Origin: Casimicrobiaceae bacterium
GTDB taxonomy: Bacteria; Pseudomonadota; Gammaproteobacteria; Burkholderiales; Casimicrobiaceae
Length of the DNA: 64,000 nt
Assembly: GCA_035718935.1 (NCBI GenBank)
Contig: DASTGT010000055.1
Location: forward strand, 11,784-75,783
Direction of reading: 5' to 3'
The notes under the pieces were generated by a model. That model did no database searches. It saw only the letters and a list, made by a program, of their open reading frames with translations, and had not been told where the DNA came from. The position numbers and the translations under genes are program-made. Shown here in pieces: positions 59,978-64,000 of this stretch (position 1 is its first letter; each line of letters starts with the position of its first letter).

Positions 59978-61210
59978 CTACGCGGTATGTCGACGCACGA
60001 AGGCGTCGACTCGATCGATTCCGTTCTCGATCGCCTGCGTCGACGCCGCGTACGAGAAGCGGATGTGCTGACCCTCACCCGGCACGCGGCGGCCGAAGTG
60101 GATGTCGGCCAGGACCGCCACGCCCGCCTCGTCCAGCAGCCGCTTGCGAAACGCTTCCGAATCGGCGGCCCGCACGCGCCGGCACGCCTCCGTCACGTTA
60201 GGCCACGCATAGAACGCGCCGCCCGGCGTACGGCACGTGATGCCCGGCACCTGGTTCAGCAGGCGGACGATCAGGTCGCGCCGCTCGCGAAAGCGCGCAT
60301 GCATGACCCCGACCGAATCCTGCGGCCCCTCGATCGCCGCCACCGCCGCCCATTGCGAGATCTGCGACGCGCATGATTCGGTGTTCGTGATCCAGCGCGT
60401 GAACGTCGGCGCGAGCGCGCGGTTCGCGACGAACCCGACACGCCAGCCGGTCATCGCCCACGTCTTCGACGCACCGTCGCACACGATCGTGCGCGCCTGC
60501 ATCGCCTCGCGCGCCGCGAGGCTCTCGAAGCGACCGTCGTAGACGAGGCGCGAATAGATCTCGTCGGCGAAGATCCACACCTGCGGATGCTGCACGAGAA
60601 TCGACGCGATCGCGTCGAGATCCTGCGACGACAGGATCCCGCCGGTGGGGTTCTGCGGCGAATTCAGGATCAGGAGCCGTGTCTTCGGCGTGATTTTCGC
60701 CTCGAGCTCGGCCGGATCGAACGCGAACTCACGCGATTCGCGCAGGTAGATCGGCACGGGAACGGCGCCGTTCGCGACGATCTGCGACTCGTAGATCGGA
60801 AAGCCGGGCACCGGATAGATCACTTCGTCGCCGACGCCGTAATCGGTGACCGAGGCGATCGTGTAGGCGATGAAGGGCTTCGCCCCCGCGCCGACGACGA
60901 CGTCGTCGGGTTGCACGTCGATGCCGCGTCTTGCGCCGATGTCGCGCGCGGCCGCCGCACGCAACTCGTCGATGCCGGCCGACGGAGTGTAACCGTGCTT
61001 GCCGGCGCGAATCGCGGCGATCGCCGCGTCCTGGATATTCTGCGGCGTCGGGAAGTCGGGCTGCCCGATGCAGAACGAAACGATGTCCCTGCCGCTTCGC
61101 GCGAGCGCGTTCACCTCTGCGAGCACCACGAACGCGTTCTCGGTGCCGAGGGATTCGCCGCGACGCGACAGATGCGGCACGCTGTTGATCGGCGAATGCG
61201 CTGCGTTCAT
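59978..61210 (-). CDS. Class I PLP aminotransferase (AspC/AlaT-like)
   Basis: IGQPDFPTP, GYTPSAG, NSPQNPTGG, ADEIY, GASKTWAMTGWRVG. Confidence 0.92.
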   Translation of the reverse strand: MNAAHSPINSVPHLSRRGESLGTENAFVVLAEVNALARSGRDIVSFCIGQPDFPTPQNIQDAAIAAIRAGKHGYTPSAGIDELRAAAARDIGARRGIDVQPDDVVVGAGAKPFIAYTIASVTDYGVGDEVIYPVPGFPIYESQIVANGAVPVPIYLRESREFAFDPAELEAKITPKTRLLILNSPQNPTGGILSSQDLDAIASILVQHPQVWIFADEIYSRLVYDGRFESLAAREAMQARTIVCDGASKTWAMTGWRVGFVANRALAPTFTRWITNTESCASQISQWAAVAAIEGPQDSVGVMHARFRERRDLIVRLLNQVPGITCRTPGGAFYAWPNVTEACRRVRAADSEAFRKRLLDEAGVAVLADIHFGRRVPGEGQHIRFSYAASTQAIENGIDRVDAFVRRHTA

Positions 61211-62679
61211 CGTGTTTCCTCGGTGGCTCCCTCGCCCCGCGCAGCGGGGCGAGGCGCGGGGTGAGCGGCGCTCCATTTGCGGCGCGCCTTGTACATCTCG
61301 CTGAACGTTCGTCCCGCAGGCGCCGGCATGTCGCGGCCGTCGGTCCAGCCGGCGCCGAACGGCAACCGGTGGATCATCCCACGCCGATCGGCGAGCAGGC
61401 GCAGCGAGCGTGCGCCAAGCGACGTGACGGTGCGGTAAAGCCGGGGGTGGAGCGCCAGGAACGCCCACGCGCGCAGTGAGACGCGCTCGTACCACGGGCG
61501 CAGGTCCTGCGTGAATTCCTGTTCGCGAAGCTTCCGCTGCAGGTCGGGGAGCGGAATCTTCACCGGGCAGACCACGCCGCACTGGTTGCACATCGTCGAT
61601 GCGTACGGCAGATCGAGAGCGTTCTCCAGTCCCACGTACATCGGCGTCAGCACGATGCCGATCGGGCCCGGGTACACCCACCCGTACGCATGGCCGCCGA
61701 CGTTCTGGTAGACGGGACAGTGATTCATGCAGGCGCCGCAGCGGATGCAGCGCAGCGCCTCGCGCACGCCGCTCGCGAGCACGTCGCTGCGCCCGCTGTC
61801 GACGACGATGAAGTACATCTGCTCGGCCCCGTGGAACTCGCCGTTTCCTTTGACGCCGCCGAGGACGTCGACGTAGTTCGAGATCGACTGCCCCGTCGCC
61901 GAGCGCGGCAGGATGCGCATCAGCGTCGCGACGTCCTCGAGCGTCGGCACGATCTTCTCGATGCCCGAGATCGCGACGTGCACCCGGGGCAGCGTCGTCG
62001 CGAGCGTCGCGTTCCCCTCGTTGGTCACGAGCACGACGGACCCGGTCTCCGCGACGAAGAAATTGCCGCCGGAGATGCCCATGTCGGCCGTCAGGTAGTG
62101 CTCGCGCAGGACGCCGCGCGCCTCGGCGCAGAGCTCCTCGATGTCCTCCTTGCGCGCGGTTCCGTGCCGCGCGTGGAACAGATCGGCGACTTCGTCGCGC
62201 GACTTGTGCAGCGCCGGGCCGATAATGTGCGACGGCGGCTCGTAGTCGTTGAGCTGGAGGATGTACTCGCCGAGGTCGGTCTCGACGACCGTGAGGCCCG
62301 CCGCCTCGATCGCGTGATCGAGCCCCGATTCCTCCGACACCATCGACTTCGACTTGATGATCTTGCGCACGCCGTGCCGCCGTGCGATCTCCAGCACGAG
62401 CGCGTTGATGTCGGCCGGCGTCTGCGCGTAGAGCACCGTCGCCCCGCGGGCGCGCGCGTTCTCGTCGAAGATCGTGAGCCAGACGTCGAGGTCGTCGAGC
62501 GCTCGCTGCCGGATCGCGGCCGCGGCATCGCGCGTTCCCTCGAAGTCGTCGAGCTCGGTGATCGCCTGCCGCCGGGCAGGGACGAACTTCGCCTGGAACT
62601 TGGCGAGACTCGCCTGCAGCTGCGCATCGTGGAGCTTCGCGTGCGCGCGCTCCTTGAAATGCATCGATGCGACCTGCAT
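61207..62679 (-). CDS. lutB: Lactate utilisation Fe-S protein LutB/LldF
   Basis: KSKSMVSEE, ETDLGEYI, TNEGN, CIRCGACMNHCPVY, CNQCGVVCPVKI. Confidence 0.95.
   Translation of the reverse strand: MQVASMHFKERAHAKLHDAQLQASLAKFQAKFVPARRQAITELDDFEGTRDAAAAIRQRALDDLDVWLTIFDENARARGATVLYAQTPADINALVLEIARRHGVRKIIKSKSMVSEESGLDHAIEAAGLTVVETDLGEYILQLNDYEPPSHIIGPALHKSRDEVADLFHARHGTARKEDIEELCAEARGVLREHYLTADMGISGGNFFVAETGSVVLVTNEGNATLATTLPRVHVAISGIEKIVPTLEDVATLMRILPRSATGQSISNYVDVLGGVKGNGEFHGAEQMYFIVVDSGRSDVLASGVREALRCIRCGACMNHCPVYQNVGGHAYGWVYPGPIGIVLTPMYVGLENALDLPYASTMCNQCGVVCPVKIPLPDLQRKLREQEFTQDLRPWYERVSLRAWAFLALHPRLYRTVTSLGARSLRLLADRRGMIHRLPFGAGWTDGRDMPAPAGRTFSEMYKARRKWSAAHPAPRPAARGEGATEETR
61227..61268. 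repeat. REP-like palindrome inside the 3' end of lutB
   Basis: CTCCCTCGCCCCGC-GCA-GCGGGGCGAGG-CGCGGGGTGAGCGG; translated as the lutB tail. Confidence 0.6.
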
Positions 62680-62686
62680 ACGCGAG

Positions 62687-63421
62687 CTACGTCGATTCGG
62701 GGACGCGTCCGGCGAGCACTTCGGCGACGTGCAGCACGCGCGACGTGTCGCCGCGGCGGCGCAGGCGCCCCTCGATGTTCAGCATGCAGCCGAGATCGCC
62801 CAGCACGACGGCGTCCGCCCCGCTGGTGACGACGTGCTGGCATTTGTTGTCGGCGATCCGCGTCGAGATCTCGCCGAGCTTCACCGAGAACGTGCCGCCG
62901 AAACCGCAGCACATCTCGCAATCGGCCATCTCGGTCAGTCGCACGCCGCGCATCTTCGCCAGCAACGCGCGCGGCTGCGCCTTGACGCCCATTTCGCGCA
63001 GGCCGGCGCACGAATCATGGTAGGTGATCGTACCGTCATAGGTCCCCGGCACGCGCTCGAGCCCGATCACGTTGACGAGGAAATCGGTGAGTTCGTACGT
63101 CTTCGCTGCGAGCGCCGTGGCGCGGTGGGATCCTTCGGGATCGTCGGCGAAGACGTCGGCGTAATGGGTACGGATCATGCCGCTGCACGAACCCGACGGT
63201 GCGACCACGTAATCGCAGTTCTCGAATTCCGCGACGACCTTCTTGGCGAGCGCGGTGGTGCCGGCGCGGTCGCCCGAGTTGTAGCACGGCTGGCCGCAGC
63301 ACGTCTGCGTACGCGGGACGCAGACGTCGACGCCCGCCGCTTCGAGCAGGTCGAGCGCGGCGAGCCCGATCGACGGGCGCATCAGGTCGACGAGGCAAGT
63401 GACGAAGAGGCCGACGCGCAT
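62687..63421 (-). CDS. lutA: Lactate utilisation protein LutA/LldE (CCG domains)
   Basis: FVTCLVD, QTCCGQP, SGSC, YHDSC, CCGFGGTF, DLGCMLNI. Confidence 0.95.
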   Translation of the reverse strand: MRVGLFVTCLVDLMRPSIGLAALDLLEAAGVDVCVPRTQTCCGQPCYNSGDRAGTTALAKKVVAEFENCDYVVAPSGSCSGMIRTHYADVFADDPEGSHRATALAAKTYELTDFLVNVIGLERVPGTYDGTITYHDSCAGLREMGVKAQPRALLAKMRGVRLTEMADCEMCCGFGGTFSVKLGEISTRIADNKCQHVVTSGADAVVLGDLGCMLNIEGRLRRRGDTSRVLHVAEVLAGRVPEST

Positions 63422-63425
63422 GGTG

Positions 63426-63521
63426 GGTGTCGGAGACGTGTCAGATACGTGTCGGAGGTGACATTATCGCCGCGCGTCCCCGCCTCCACCTCTGACACGT
63501 GTCTGACACGTCTCTGACACC
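63426..63521. repeat. 35-bp-arm inverted repeat built from 3+3 tandem 11-mers (GTGTCRGANAC)
   Basis: Left arm 63426-63460, right arm 63487-63521, 26-nt spacer. Confidence 0.85.
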
Positions 63522-63523
63522 GC

Positions 63524-64000
63524 CTACGGGAAGTTGGACTGCGTCAGCGCGATCGCGCAAAGCCCGATCAGCTGTTGCGGCAGGATGCCGAGCACGAGCA
63601 GCAGCAGCCCGTTCGCGGAAAGCGCCACGGCCGTATCGCCCCGCACCACGATCGGGGTCGTCTCGATCGGATCGTCGAAGTACATCAGCTTGACCACACG
63701 CAGGTAGTAGAAGGCGCCGATCAGCGACATCACGACCGCGACCACGGCGAGCCAGACGAAGCCGTCGTTGATCGCCGCTTCGATCACGACGAACTTGGCG
63801 TAGAAGCCGAGCGTCGGCGGAAGGCCGGCGAGCGAGAACATCACGAGCAGCATGATGAACGCCCACCACGGCGAGCGCTGGTTCAATCCCTTGAAGTCGT
63901 CGAGCCGGTCGGCCTCGAAGCCCTGCCGCGACAGCACCATGATCATTCCCCACGACGCGAGGCTCGTCAGCACGTAGGCGATGATGTAGAACATCGCCGC
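63524..64000 (-). CDS. nuoN: NADH-quinone oxidoreductase subunit N, 3' part
   Basis: [47 protein letters not shown]. Confidence 0.95.
   Translation of the reverse strand, partial: AAMFYIIAYVLTSLASWGMIMVLSRQGFEADRLDDFKGLNQRSPWWAFIMLLVMFSLAGLPPTLGFYAKFVVIEAAINDGFVWLAVVAVVMSLIGAFYYLRVVKLMYFDDPIETTPIVVRGDTAVALSANGLLLLVLGILPQQLIGLCAIALTQSNFP

Noticed and set aside
63426-63521. Possible mini-CRISPR
   Set aside because: Units are 11 bp, abutting and inverted, with no unique spacers and no cas genes.

Overview
High-GC betaproteobacterial (Burkholderiales-like, inferred from gene content and order) chromosomal window. Core blocks: type II secretion genes gspG-N; tRNA-Val(GAC); thrS-infC-rpmI-rplT-pheS-pheT-ihfA-merR-tRNA-Pro(GGG); aerobic benzoyl-CoA genes boxRCBA; lutABC; and the 3' end of nuoN. 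Accessory regions hold three complete Liv-type ABC importers, each beside hydrolase or oxygenase genes. I found no integrase, transposase, prophage or CRISPR array. The most notable items are: (1) a GntR-controlled catabolic cluster of unknown substrate (38.5-51.2 kb) with a single-chain triple-RidA protein and a shared TATACGA-N11-TCGYATA operator; (2) short mini-ORFs and palindromic elements at gene junctions that keep stop/start overlaps intact, most clearly a 65-bp insert flanked by a 7-bp direct repeat between livG and livF; (3) a Thr-codon leader peptide attenuator upstream of thrS; (4) an aminotransferase inside lutABC, and a 96-bp inverted repeat built from 11-mers around the putative lut promoter. 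All family calls come from recognising motifs by eye; no database searches were run.
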